From contig JAJXVV010000002.1 of NCBI GenBank assembly GCA_021781955.1, positions 74,730 through 138,729 of the forward strand: a DNA stretch of 64,000 nt, read 5' to 3'. Below are positions 47,741 to 57,254 of this stretch, one piece after another. The first letter of the stretch is position 1. Each line of letters opens with the position of its first letter. Below the pieces are notes generated by a model, which was not told the DNA's origin, searched no databases, and saw nothing but the letters and a program-made list of their open reading frames with translations. The position numbers and the translations under genes are program-made. This DNA is from a bacterium (GTDB lineage: Bacteria > Patescibacteriota > Minisyncoccia > Phycocordibacterales > UBA2100).

Positions 47741-47770
47741 GCAAAACCCGCCTCTCGGCGGGCTTTGTTT
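47741..47770 (+). terminator. rho-independent terminator after rnpB
   Basis: cccgcc-tctc-ggcggg followed by ctttgttttt. Confidence 0.6.
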
Positions 47771-47788
47771 TTATGGCACAATAGGCCG

Positions 47789-49489
47789 ATGCCTCGGCCG
47801 ATACGCACCGGACTGCAGTTCCTTGCGCGCGAAACGCGTGGGATGCACCAGGCCGCGTACCTCCTCGCCGCCTTCTCGCTTGCGTCGCAATTCTTGGCGC
47901 TCGCGCGCGACCGCACTTTCGCGGCTGTTTTCGGCGCGGGCCACACGCTCGACATCTACTACGCCGCGTTCCGCACGCCGGATTTTCTTTTTAGCACGGT
48001 AGCGAGCCTTTTCTCGCTCTACGCGCTCTTGCCGATCCTCTCGCGCATTGAACAAGAGGGCGAAGGAAGAGTCGCGCTCTTTTTGCGCCATTTGCTCGTC
48101 ATCTTTTTTGCGGGCATGTCGTCGATCGCGTTCGTTCTCTTCCTGTTCGTGCCGAAGTTGGCACCCCTCATGGCGCCCGGCATCGCGAGCGATCCGAACA
48201 CGGCCGGACAGCTCATGATGATGATGCGCATCCTCCTCTTGCAGCCGATACTCTTGGGCGCGTCGAATACGGTCGCCTCGCTCACGCAGATGCGGCACCG
48301 TTTCGTGCTGTATTCGGTCTCGCCGCTCCTCTACAACCTCGGCATCATCTTCGGCGCGGTCGTGCTCTATCCGACCTTCGGCATCGCAGGCTTGGGTTGG
48401 GGCGTCGTCTTGGGCGCCGCGATGCATCTCCTCGTGCAGGTGCCGTACTTCGTCTCCGAAAAAGCGGTCGGGACGATCTCGTGGAGCGAGATGGTGCGCT
48501 CCACGTGGGAAATACTCAAGCTCTCGGTGCCGCGCACGCTCGCGCTTGCCTCCACGCAGATATCGCTCCTCGTCATCGTCGCGCTCGCCTCGCTTCTCGC
48601 GGCAGGTTCCATCGCAATCTTCAACTTCGCCTACAACTTGCAGGCGGTGCCCTTTACCATCATCGGCGTCTCATATTCGGTCGCCGCGTTCCCGACGCTC
48701 GCGCGCCTCCACGCCTCGGGTTCCAAGCAGGAGTTCAGCGCGTACGTGGAAGCGGCCGTGCGCCACATTATCTTTTGGTCCATTCCCGCGACCGTGTTCG
48801 TGATCGTGTTTCGCGCGCAGATCGTGCGCCTTATCCTCGGCGCCGGCGCATTCGATTGGAACGCGACGCGCCTCACCGCAGCGGCGCTCGCGCTCTTCAT
48901 TCTCTCGCTCTTGGGGCAGTCGCTCACGCTCCTTATCGCGCGCGCTTACTACGCGGTCGGCAACACGCGCAAGCCGTTCTACTTCGGACTTGCGGACATA
49001 ACGCTTTCCATCCTCTCCTCAGTCGGCCTTGTATTCCTCTTCACGCACAACCTGTTCATTCGCGATCTCGTCGAATCGCTCTTGCGCGTCGACGACGTGC
49101 CGGGTACGACCGTGCTCATGCTCGCCCTCGGCTACGCGTGTGGCTCGATCGCGGAGGCGCTCGTCGGCTATCACTACTTCGCGCGCGACTTCGGCATCTC
49201 GCGCGCGCACGTGCGACGGCTCGTGTTCCAGAGCTTTGCCGCCTCAATGCTCGGCGGCGCGCTCGCGTACCAGACGCTCTCGCTCATGCCCTCGATACTC
49301 TTGCTGCACACGCTCGGCATCGCGCTCGAAGGGCTCGCGGCTGGCGTGGTGGGTGCCGCAGGACTCTTCTTCGTGCTATTGCTGCTCGGTAATCGTGAGC
49401 TCAAAGAGGCAATCGCCTCGCTCAAGCGCCGCTTTGCCGACATCCCGCAAATCGCCGTTGAGCCGACCGACGTCGCTTCGGCGCAGTAG
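47789..49489 (+). CDS. murJ: lipid II flippase MurJ
   Basis: 14-TM MOP family. N-terminus LASQFLALARDRTFAAVFGAG. Start at ATG 47789. Confidence 0.85.
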   Translation: MPRPIRTGLQFLARETRGMHQAAYLLAAFSLASQFLALARDRTFAAVFGAGHTLDIYYAAFRTPDFLFSTVASLFSLYALLPILSRIEQEGEGRVALFLRHLLVIFFAGMSSIAFVLFLFVPKLAPLMAPGIASDPNTAGQLMMMMRILLLQPILLGASNTVASLTQMRHRFVLYSVSPLLYNLGIIFGAVVLYPTFGIAGLGWGVVLGAAMHLLVQVPYFVSEKAVGTISWSEMVRSTWEILKLSVPRTLALASTQISLLVIVALASLLAAGSIAIFNFAYNLQAVPFTIIGVSYSVAAFPTLARLHASGSKQEFSAYVEAAVRHIIFWSIPATVFVIVFRAQIVRLILGAGAFDWNATRLTAAALALFILSLLGQSLTLLIARAYYAVGNTRKPFYFGLADITLSILSSVGLVFLFTHNLFIRDLVESLLRVDDVPGTTVLMLALGYACGSIAEALVGYHYFARDFGISRAHVRRLVFQSFAASMLGGALAYQTLSLMPSILLLHTLGIALEGLAAGVVGAAGLFFVLLLLGNRELKEAIASLKRRFADIPQIAVEPTDVASAQ

Positions 49490-49538
49490 CGCGCGGCCGG
49501 GTGCTAAATGTGCCGAAAAATGCTAGATTTCGCGTGTC

Positions 49539-51317
49539 ATGCAGCACATCCGCAACTTTTCCATCATCGCGCACATCGACCACGGCAAATCGACGCTCGC
49601 CGACCGCATGCTCGAGCTGACCGGCACGATCGAGGCGCGCCGCATGCAGGAGCAGGTGCTCGACCGGATGGAGCTTGAACGCGAGCGCGGCATCACCATC
49701 AAGATGGCTCCGGTACGCATGCTCTGGAAGAAGGGCGGCACGGAATACACGCTCGATCTCATCGACACGCCCGGGCACGTCGACTTCTCGTACGAAGTTT
49801 CGCGCGCGCTCACTGCCGTCGAAGGCGTGGTGCTCTTGGTGGACGCGACGCAAGGCGTGCAGGCGCAAACGCTCTCGGTCTTGGGCGTCGCCAAGGAGCT
49901 CGGCCGGGTGATCATTCCGGTCATCTCGAAAATAGACTCGCCCAATGCGCGCGCTGCCGACGTGAAGAGCGAGCTCGCGTTGCTCCTTGGCATCGAGGAG
50001 TCGACCATCTTGAGCGTCTCGGGCAAAACAGGCGAGGGCGTAGCACACCTGCTCGACACCATCGTCGAGCTCGTGCCCGCGCCGCAGCCGACCAATGCGC
50101 AGCAAGGTCTCATTTTCGATTTCGGCTACTCCGATCATCGCGGCATCATCGTGTACCTGCGCATCTTTGGCGGCGCGTTCCATAAGGGCGATACACTCAG
50201 GTTCGTCGCGGCCGACGCGGACTTCGTCGCGCTCGAGGTCGGCACGCTTTCGCCGACGGAGCGGCCGGCGGCTGAACTCGGTGAAGGAGAGATCGGCTAC
50301 ATCGTGACCGGGATCAAGAAGCCGGGCATCGCGTCGGTCGGTGATACGGTGACGAGCGCGCGGCAGCCCGCCAAAGCGCTTTCCGGCTACCTGGCGCCGA
50401 CGCCGGTCATTTGGGCGAGCGTGTATCCGGAGAGCCAGGATGACCTGCCGATATTGCGGCAATCGCTCGAGAAGCTGCGCCTTTCGGATTCCTCGCTTTC
50501 GTACGAAGAGGAATCATCGGGCATTATGGGCAGAGGATTTCGCTGCGGGTTCCTCGGCATGTTGCACCTTGAGATCATCATCGAGCGATTGCGCCGCGAA
50601 TTCGCCCTCGAGCTCGTGGTCACGCAGCCGACGACCGTGTACGAGATCACGCGCATGCAGGGCACAGTAGAAGAGATATTCTCTCCCGCCAAATTCCCCG
50701 ACGACAGCACGGTCAAGCTCGTGCGAGAAATGTGGGCCGACATCACCCTCATCACCCCGAGCGATTACATGGGCGGTATTTCGCAGCTCTTGTACGATCA
50801 TGAGGCAAACGTGGAGGCGACGCAGACCATGCCCGACGGCAAGCTCGAGCTTACGGCCGAGATGCCGCTGCGCGAGCTCATGCGCGGCTTTTTCGACAAG
50901 CTCAAGAGCGTGTCCTCGGGCTTCGCGTCGCTCGGGTACACCCTGAAGGGGTTGCGCGAGGCGCACGTGGTGCGGCTCGACATCCTCGTCGCCGAAGAGC
51001 CGGTGCCTGCTTTCGCGCGCATCGTTTCCGCTCGGCGCCTGCAGCACGAAGCGGAGCAGTTGGTGGAGAAGCTTGAGTCGCTCTTGCCGCGCCAGCTCTT
51101 CGAGCTCAAGATCCAAGCCAGGTCAGGCGGCCGCATTCTGGCTGCGCGCCGCAAGTCGGCGTTGCGGAAGGATGTGACGCAGCACATGTATGGCGGCGAT
51201 ATCACCCGCAAAATGAAGCTGCGCGAAAAGCAGAAAAAGGGAAAGAAGCGGATGCTCGCGCGCGGCAAGGTAGACATCCCGCACGATGTCTTCCTCAAAG
51301 TGGTGCGCGAATCCTAG
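49539..51317 (+). CDS. lepA: elongation factor 4
   Basis: FSIIAHIDHGKSTL and DTPGHVDF G-motifs, plus the LepA C-terminal domain. Confidence 0.95.
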   Translation: MQHIRNFSIIAHIDHGKSTLADRMLELTGTIEARRMQEQVLDRMELERERGITIKMAPVRMLWKKGGTEYTLDLIDTPGHVDFSYEVSRALTAVEGVVLLVDATQGVQAQTLSVLGVAKELGRVIIPVISKIDSPNARAADVKSELALLLGIEESTILSVSGKTGEGVAHLLDTIVELVPAPQPTNAQQGLIFDFGYSDHRGIIVYLRIFGGAFHKGDTLRFVAADADFVALEVGTLSPTERPAAELGEGEIGYIVTGIKKPGIASVGDTVTSARQPAKALSGYLAPTPVIWASVYPESQDDLPILRQSLEKLRLSDSSLSYEEESSGIMGRGFRCGFLGMLHLEIIIERLRREFALELVVTQPTTVYEITRMQGTVEEIFSPAKFPDDSTVKLVREMWADITLITPSDYMGGISQLLYDHEANVEATQTMPDGKLELTAEMPLRELMRGFFDKLKSVSSGFASLGYTLKGLREAHVVRLDILVAEEPVPAFARIVSARRLQHEAEQLVEKLESLLPRQLFELKIQARSGGRILAARRKSALRKDVTQHMYGGDITRKMKLREKQKKGKKRMLARGKVDIPHDVFLKVVRES

Positions 51318-51343
51318 AAACCCGCGGATCCTTTTTGCGAAGG

Positions 51344-51472
51344 CTACTGCGTGAAGAGGTTCACGATACCAGGCGCGAAGAGGAGGATCATCGAGAGCGT
51401 TACGCACACCGCGATAATCGCCCACAGGACGTTGATGATCTTTTTGGTGCGCTTATGGAAGAGGAAGCTCAT
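51344..51472 (-). CDS. possible 42-aa small membrane protein
   Basis: MSFLFHKRTKKIINVLWAIIAVCVTLSMILLFAPGIVNLFTQ. Below the ORF-track cutoff. Confidence 0.25.
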   Translation of the reverse strand: MSFLFHKRTKKIINVLWAIIAVCVTLSMILLFAPGIVNLFTQ

Positions 51473-51501
51473 GCGCGCAGTATAAATGATAGGATAGCAC
51501 T

Positions 51502-51873
51502 ATGGCAATACGCCATCGCAACGACCCTGTACGACTCTTCGGCCGGAGACTCTTGCTGCTCGGTCTTTTCGTGCTGGTCATTGCGGGTGGTGCGGGCGTG
51601 TGGCGCGCTTTTTGGGAAGAGCAGGAATCGACCACGCTCAACGCGCAAGCGCAAGTGCGCCTCGCCAATCTAGAGCTGCAGCAAACGCAGCTCAGCGCGA
51701 AGGTCTCCGATTTGGAGACTGAGCGCGGCCAGGAGGCCGTCTTGCGTGATCAGTACGCGCTCGCGGCGCAGGGAGAGCATCTCGTCGTCATCGTCGACTC
51801 GACCGCGACGCAACCGGAAGCGACCTCCTCGGCTTTCGCCGCATGGCTGCACAATACCTTCCCGTGGTGGTGA
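51502..51873 (+). CDS. FtsB/DivIC-like septum formation initiator
   Basis: N-terminal TM, then a coiled coil (LANLELQQTQLSAKVSDLETE). Confidence 0.55.
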   Translation: MAIRHRNDPVRLFGRRLLLLGLFVLVIAGGAGVWRAFWEEQESTTLNAQAQVRLANLELQQTQLSAKVSDLETERGQEAVLRDQYALAAQGEHLVVIVDSTATQPEATSSAFAAWLHNTFPWW

Positions 51874-51906
51874 GACGTGGATAAGTCTGGTACATTTTGT
51901 GGCGAA

Positions 51907-51977
51907 GCGGGATTAGTTTAGTGGCAGAACGATTGCTTCCCAAGCAATAGATACGGGTTCGATTCCCGTATCCCGCA
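51907..51977 (+). tRNA. tRNA-Gly (CCC)
   Basis: Acceptor gcgggat/atcccgc. Anticodon stem attgc/gcaat with loop ttCCCaa. Confidence 0.8.
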
Positions 51978-52095
51978 CACGAGTCAGCAACCCATGCATA
52001 GGTGCATGAGGCCTCGAGCTTCAGCGAGGTTGGTTCGCCGGAGGAGTTGGGCGAGCTCTATGATGTGCTGCAAGCGGGGCGGGGATACGGCCTGA

Positions 52096-52413
52096 TTATA
52101 AGTACGCCTCGCCGTAGGTGCGAACGGCGTCCATGATGCCCTTGAGCGCGAGGCCTTTCTTTGTGAGTTCGTAACGCCCGCATGCCGGCTGTCCCTGGGA
52201 TTCGCGTTTCGATACGAGTTTCTCGCGCTCGAGCGTCTTGAGTTTCTTGGCGAGGGTGCGTGTCGAGACCGAAAGCGATCGCTCAAACTCGCTGAAACGC
52301 TTCGGACCAACCAAGAGGTCACGGATGATGAGCATCGAACATGAGTCGCCGAGCAGGACGACGGTCTTCTCGACCGGACAGCTACCCGCTTTCATAGATA
52401 TCCACACTAGCAT
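52096..52413 (-). CDS. HxlR-family transcriptional regulator
   Basis: CPVEKTVVLLGDSCSMLIIRDLLVGPKRFSEF winged-HTH pattern. Confidence 0.85.
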   Translation of the reverse strand: MLVWISMKAGSCPVEKTVVLLGDSCSMLIIRDLLVGPKRFSEFERSLSVSTRTLAKKLKTLEREKLVSKRESQGQPACGRYELTKKGLALKGIMDAVRTYGEAYL

Positions 52414-52423
52414 AAAAACTCGT

Positions 52424-52440
52424 ACTTTACAAAGTAAAGT
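52424..52440. promoter_or_regulatory. 17-bp inverted repeat ACTTTAC-AAA-GTAAAGT, putative HxlR operator
   Basis: Perfect palindrome in the divergent intergenic region between the hxlR-like and FMN reductase genes. Confidence 0.45.
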
Positions 52441-52482
52441 CTATGCCCTACACTGGGGTTCTATTCATTCACACACATCGCT

Positions 52483-53067
52483 ATGACGAATGTTTTGAAG
52501 GTAAAAGTTATCGTAGGATCGACGCGCCAGGGTCGCTTTAGCGACAAGCCGGCCGCGTGGATCGCTGGGCTCGCAGGCAAACGAGCGGACATCGACGTCG
52601 AGATTCTCGATCTCAAAGACTACGCGATGCCGTTCTATGACGGCGCAATGCCCCCGAGCCTGATCAAAGGCGGCGAATATCCCGACCCGCAGGTGAAGCG
52701 ATGGGCGCAGAAGATCGGGGAAGCCGACGCGTTCATCGTCGTCACCCCGGAATACAATCGCGGTCCGTCAGCGGTATTGAAGAATGCGCTCGACAGCGTG
52801 AGCCAGGAGTGGAACAACAAACCGGTAGCGTTCGTTGCGCATGGCTCTGCCCTTGGCGTTCGTGCCATCGAGCAGTTGCGCATGAACGCGATCGAGCTGC
52901 GCATGGCGCCGGTACGGGATATCGTCGCGCTGCCGGGGAGCTGGACGTTCCCGGAGGGAGGTACGAAAGCCGGCGCGTTCGCGGAGCATGACGCGACGGG
53001 CAACACGATGCTCGACACGCTCGTGTGGTGGGGTAACGCGCTCAAGACGGCCCGCGCGAGCAAGTAA
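52483..53067 (+). CDS. NADPH-dependent FMN reductase
   Basis: Flavodoxin-like fold with GSTRQGRFS ... VVTPEYNRG. Confidence 0.85.
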   Translation: MTNVLKVKVIVGSTRQGRFSDKPAAWIAGLAGKRADIDVEILDLKDYAMPFYDGAMPPSLIKGGEYPDPQVKRWAQKIGEADAFIVVTPEYNRGPSAVLKNALDSVSQEWNNKPVAFVAHGSALGVRAIEQLRMNAIELRMAPVRDIVALPGSWTFPEGGTKAGAFAEHDATGNTMLDTLVWWGNALKTARASK

Positions 53068-53102
53068 TGCTAGAATAAGGTATCAGTAATTAACACAAGC
53101 GT

Positions 53103-53342
53103 ATGAGCGACAAACAAGTCACCATTTATTCGACTCCGACGTGCCACTTCTGCCACATGGCGAAGGATTTCTTCGCGACGAACAACGTCAAATTCTCCGA
53201 CTACAACGTGGCGACCGATCTCGAGAAACGGAAGGAGATGGTCGAGAAGAGCGGCCAGATGGGGGTGCCGGTCATCACGGTCGGCGACGAGCTCATCGTT
53301 GGGTTCGACGAGGATCGTTTGCGCGAGCTTTTGGTCGCGTAG
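53103..53342 (+). CDS. glutaredoxin-like protein (NrdH/YruB type)
   Basis: TIYSTPTCHFCHMAKDFF with CxxC; 79 aa. Confidence 0.8.
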   Translation: MSDKQVTIYSTPTCHFCHMAKDFFATNNVKFSDYNVATDLEKRKEMVEKSGQMGVPVITVGDELIVGFDEDRLRELLVA

Positions 53343-53421
53343 ACGAGATCACGGTTTTTTCTCAAGGCGGCGCGTGCTACGATTGCACGCGCCGCCTTCT
53401 TGTGGGGCACAGGATGCTGCG

Positions 53422-53493
53422 GCCCTCGTAGCTCAATGGATAGAGCAGCCCCGTCCTAAGGGGTTGATGTGGGTTCGATTCCTGCCGAGGGCA
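53422..53493 (+). tRNA. tRNA-Arg (CCU)
   Basis: Acceptor gccctcg/cgagggc. Anticodon loop gtCCTaa. Confidence 0.8.
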
Positions 53494-53495
53494 AA

Positions 53496-53834
53496 ATGGA
53501 TGCTAGTATGAGCGGCATGGACGAACAACCGTCACTACGCGAAATCTACCGGCTCGCGCGGGAGAACAACATGATGCTGCACTCGATGCGGCGCCGCGCG
53601 TTCTTTACCGGTATTGTGAAGGTCATCTTCTACATCCTCATCCTCGTCATCGCACCGCTCTATGTGTACTCCACCTACCTGCAGCCGTTCATAGCAAACC
53701 TGCAACAAACGATGAACCAAGTGCAGGGAACCAATGCGCAAGCACAAGCGCAGTTGAATGGCTTCGAGCACATTGTCAAACAATTGGCCTCGAGCATTCC
53801 GACCATCCCCAGTATCTCGCAACCGAAGCAGTGA
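53496..53834 (+). CDS. hypothetical membrane protein
   Basis: ATG directly after tRNA-Arg. One TM helix and a Q/A-rich tail. Confidence 0.45.
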   Translation: MDASMSGMDEQPSLREIYRLARENNMMLHSMRRRAFFTGIVKVIFYILILVIAPLYVYSTYLQPFIANLQQTMNQVQGTNAQAQAQLNGFEHIVKQLASSIPTIPSISQPKQ

Positions 53835-53854
53835 TTTGGTATAGTAATCCCGCT

Positions 53855-53927
53855 GCCCAGATAGCTCAGGTAGTAGAGCATTCCCCTGAAGAGGGAAGGG
53901 TCGTCAGTGCAAATCTGACTCTGGGCA
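53855..53927 (+). tRNA. tRNA-Phe (GAA)
   Basis: gcccaga...ttccc-ctGAAga-gggaa...tctgggca, with CC encoded after. Confidence 0.85.
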
Positions 53928-54262
53928 CCGGCAAAACAAGAGGCCCCGCACGGGGCCTCGAGAGTTGAACGGGGAAGTTCATCGTCTTGAAACGAAGAAG
54001 ATGCGCCGATTTGCGAGGTTGCGACGGTCGCCTCGCTCTTTCGCGGGTACGCGTTCGCCGGGGGCAAAGACGCGCTCATCCCGCTGCTTTCTCAATAATT
54101 CCCTGGTCCGTTCCGAGATGAACGCGCCAGCCCAAGGATCAAAACTCAAAACGTAAGTCGCCGCGCCCATTGCCGGTCTCCGTTGCTGCGCAGAAGAAGC
54201 ATACCTTCTATCCGCTATCCCAAAACTAGCAAAGATGAAGAAATGCGCAACCCGTTTGCGCA

Positions 54263-54838
54263 TTAGAGCCCGAGGGTGAAGGTCATGACGCTCGGTTTGG
54301 GCGTGAGCCAGCCTTTGGTGTTGAGCTTTATCTCGCGGTCGCGGCCGAGCTCTTTGTAACGCAGCGGCTTGCCGGCGAGCGCCGTGTCGAGGAGCTTTTT
54401 CGTGATCTCGACATCCTTGAGGCAGTACGCGCGCACCTTCTCGACCTCGCCGGCACGCCACCAGCGCAGCGATTGTATGCCGTCGGCTATCTTGCTTTCG
54501 CCAAGCGTCGCCTCGGCGAGCGTATCGAGCTTGAGCCGCCGTCCCAGGACCGCCTGCACCTCTTTCATGAGATCGAGGCTTTTTATCTTGCTCAGGTCGC
54601 CCGGATAGTACTTGTTGAGGAGCGGCACGTCGAAGTGGTCGGAATTGTAGCCGACGAGCACGTCGGTGCGTTCGAGGATATGCCAGAGCTTCGGCAGATC
54701 GGCCACGAGGTAGCTTGAGTATGAATCGCTCTCGGAGTCGTGAACGCCGACGAGCGCTATTTCGAGGTCGGTCGTGCCGGAAACGCCCTCATCGCCCAAC
54801 CAGTTAGCCGTCTCGATGTCGAAGGTCACGATACGCAT
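54263..54838 (-). CDS. RNase-H-like 3'-5' exonuclease family protein
   Basis: N-terminal FDIET acidic motif. Confidence 0.6.
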   Translation of the reverse strand: MRIVTFDIETANWLGDEGVSGTTDLEIALVGVHDSESDSYSSYLVADLPKLWHILERTDVLVGYNSDHFDVPLLNKYYPGDLSKIKSLDLMKEVQAVLGRRLKLDTLAEATLGESKIADGIQSLRWWRAGEVEKVRAYCLKDVEITKKLLDTALAGKPLRYKELGRDREIKLNTKGWLTPKPSVMTFTLGL

Positions 54839-54847
54839 ACGCCGTGG

Positions 54848-56110
54848 CTAGCCGAGGGAGGAGAATACGTGGTCGGCGATCTGGTCGACGGGGAGCGTGC
54901 GCTCGTGGCCCGTCTCGAGGTTCTTGATCGTGTAGCGGCCCGATTCGCGCTCTTTGCTGCCGACGGCGATGATGAAGGGGATGCCCATTGCGTCGGCCTG
55001 GCGGATCTGGTCGCCGATGCGCTTGTCGGAGAAGTTGACCGCTACCGTGACGTCGTCGCGGCGCAGGCTCTGTGCGAGGTGTGTCGCATGGGCAGTCGCT
55101 TCTTGCTCGACGATGCAGATCATGAGTTCGGTCGCGGGCGCGTAGCGCGGCAAAAGATTGTGTGCCTCGAGGAAATCGCGCGCCGTGACGTCGCCCATCC
55201 CGAAGCCGACCGCCGGGATAGACGCGCCCCCGAAGAGCGAGAGGAGGTTGTCGTAGCGACCGCCGCCGAAAAGCGAACGACGGTTGCGCGGGTCAGTGTC
55301 GTACACCTCGAAGACCATGCCGGTGTAGTAGTCGAAGCCGCGCGTCACCGACGTGTCGACGACCATGTTGCCCACGCCCATGCTCTCGAGCGCGGAGCGG
55401 AGGTCCTCGAGGTATTTCGTGGAGGTGAGGCGCTCGAGTTCTTCAACGAGCTTCACCGCCTTTTCCTCGTGCGCGATGAGATCGGTCAGACGTTTCTCGA
55501 AGTCGTCGATCTTCGCGCGACGGTCGAGGAGGCGGGTGACGTCGGCGGCGTACTCCTTGGCGATACCGACGGAGCGGTAGATGGATTCGAGTATCCGGCG
55601 ATCGGAAACGTGTATCTCGAAGTCGCGTTCTTCGGCGCCCAGGCTGCGCATGATGCCGTGCGCGACCGCGATCACCTCGGCGTCGGCCTCGATGCCCTCG
55701 GCACCCACGAGGTCCACGTTGAGCTGCCAGTGCTCGCGCAAGCGGCCGCGTTGCGGACGTTCGTAGCGGAAGACATTGGGTATCGAGTACCAGCGTACCG
55801 GCAAGGGCAATTCGCGCTGACGTGCCGCGATCATGCGGGCGAGCGTGGGCGTCATTTCTGGGCGCAGCGTCACCTCGCGGCCCCCGCGGTCGAGGAAGGA
55901 GTAGGTCTGCTCGTTGACGATCTCTTCGGAGGTCTTCGATCGGTAGAGTTCTGCCGGCTCAAGCACCGATGCGGTGTACTCCTCGTAACCGAAGAGCTCG
56001 CACACGCGCTCCATGTGCTCGAAGAGGTAGCGCTGGAAGAACTGATCCTCGGGATAGAAATCCCTGACCCCCTTGTAGCTCTCGGTCGGAAGCGCATCGC
56101 CTTTCGCCAT
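54848..56110 (-). CDS. hisS: histidine--tRNA ligase
   Basis: Class II motifs, GVRDFYPED and the HisS anticodon-binding domain. Start trimmed to MAKGDALP (ATG ending 56110). Confidence 0.9.
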   Translation of the reverse strand: MAKGDALPTESYKGVRDFYPEDQFFQRYLFEHMERVCELFGYEEYTASVLEPAELYRSKTSEEIVNEQTYSFLDRGGREVTLRPEMTPTLARMIAARQRELPLPVRWYSIPNVFRYERPQRGRLREHWQLNVDLVGAEGIEADAEVIAVAHGIMRSLGAEERDFEIHVSDRRILESIYRSVGIAKEYAADVTRLLDRRAKIDDFEKRLTDLIAHEEKAVKLVEELERLTSTKYLEDLRSALESMGVGNMVVDTSVTRGFDYYTGMVFEVYDTDPRNRRSLFGGGRYDNLLSLFGGASIPAVGFGMGDVTARDFLEAHNLLPRYAPATELMICIVEQEATAHATHLAQSLRRDDVTVAVNFSDKRIGDQIRQADAMGIPFIIAVGSKERESGRYTIKNLETGHERTLPVDQIADHVFSSLG

Positions 56111-56132
56111 CTCGGTATTATACTCATCCTTT

Positions 56133-56531
56133 ATGCGAACGGTAGGCGCACAAGTCGTCGTGAAAGAGGCGGGCCCGGAGGTGGGAAAAGGCCTTTTCGC
56201 CGCTGCGCCCATCGAGAAGGGCGCCTTCATCGCGGAATACACCGGTACGAAGATCACGACCAAGGTCGCCGATACGCTGAAGACGCGCTACCTCTTCGAA
56301 CTCGATGAGGATTGGACCATCGACGGCGAGGACGAGAGCAACGTGGCGCGCTGGATCAATCACTGCTGCGAACCAAACGCGGAGGCGGAGACCCATGATG
56401 GGCACATATTCATCTTCGCCACGCGGCGCATCGCGGCAGGGAAGGAGATAACCATCGACTACGGCGACGAGTACTATGACGAGTTTATTCGGCCGGTCGG
56501 GTGCAAGTGCAAAGCGAAACGGCACCGCTAA
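56133..56531 (+). CDS. SET-domain protein
   Basis: NHCCEPN ... GKEITIDYG, followed by a post-SET Cys cluster CKCKAKRH. Confidence 0.8.
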   Translation: MRTVGAQVVVKEAGPEVGKGLFAAAPIEKGAFIAEYTGTKITTKVADTLKTRYLFELDEDWTIDGEDESNVARWINHCCEPNAEAETHDGHIFIFATRRIAAGKEITIDYGDEYYDEFIRPVGCKCKAKRHR

Positions 56532-56576
56532 GTCGAAGTTGTCGCCCACAAATCGTCTTGGTATACTTCAGACACT

Positions 56577-57254
56577 ATGCAGCGCAAGCAAGAAGTGTGG
56601 GTTGTCGCTATCTTCGCCGTTGTCGTGGTCGTTGCGGCGATAGGCGCGGCGTTCCTCTCGGGCAACGCGGGCAGCACGTCCAACTTCAAGGCGACGACCG
56701 TGCCGGCCGTCACCTCGGCCGACCACATACGCGGTAACGCGAGCAGTACCGTGTCGCTCATCGAGTACGGCGATTTTGAGTGTCCCGCCTGCGGCGCGTA
56801 TCAGCCGCTCATTCAGCAGCTCTTGCAGCAGTACGGCGACAGGGTCGAGTTCGCGTTCCGCAACTTCCCGCTCTACCAGATACACCCGGACGCGATGATC
56901 AGCGCGCAGGCGGCAGAGGCGGCCGGCTTGCAGGGCAAGTACTGGGAGATGCACGATCTCCTGTACCAAAAGCAGAACGAGTGGACGGCCGCCTCGCCTG
57001 ATACGGTCGTGAGCAAGTATTTCGACGGCTACGCGCAGTCGCTCGGGCTCAACGTCGCACGATTCGACGCTGACATCCAATCAGCCGCAGTGAAACAGAA
57101 GGTTCAGGATGACCTCGGGACCGGCAACGCCGCGCAGGTCGATCATACACCGACGTTCTTTATCAACCTCACGCAGATACCGAATCCCACAAGCTATGCC
57201 GCCTTCACCCAAGCCATCGACGCTGCCCTCGCCTCGTCGACCGCTGTTAAATAA
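56577..57254 (+). CDS. DsbA-like thioredoxin-fold oxidoreductase
   Basis: N-terminal TM; EYGDFECPACGAY CxxC. Confidence 0.8.
   Translation: MQRKQEVWVVAIFAVVVVVAAIGAAFLSGNAGSTSNFKATTVPAVTSADHIRGNASSTVSLIEYGDFECPACGAYQPLIQQLLQQYGDRVEFAFRNFPLYQIHPDAMISAQAAEAAGLQGKYWEMHDLLYQKQNEWTAASPDTVVSKYFDGYAQSLGLNVARFDADIQSAAVKQKVQDDLGTGNAAQVDHTPTFFINLTQIPNPTSYAAFTQAIDAALASSTAVK

Noticed and set aside
56111-56132. T-box leader for hisS
   Set aside because: Only 22 nt separate the hisS start from the divergent SET gene, so there is no room for a T-box.
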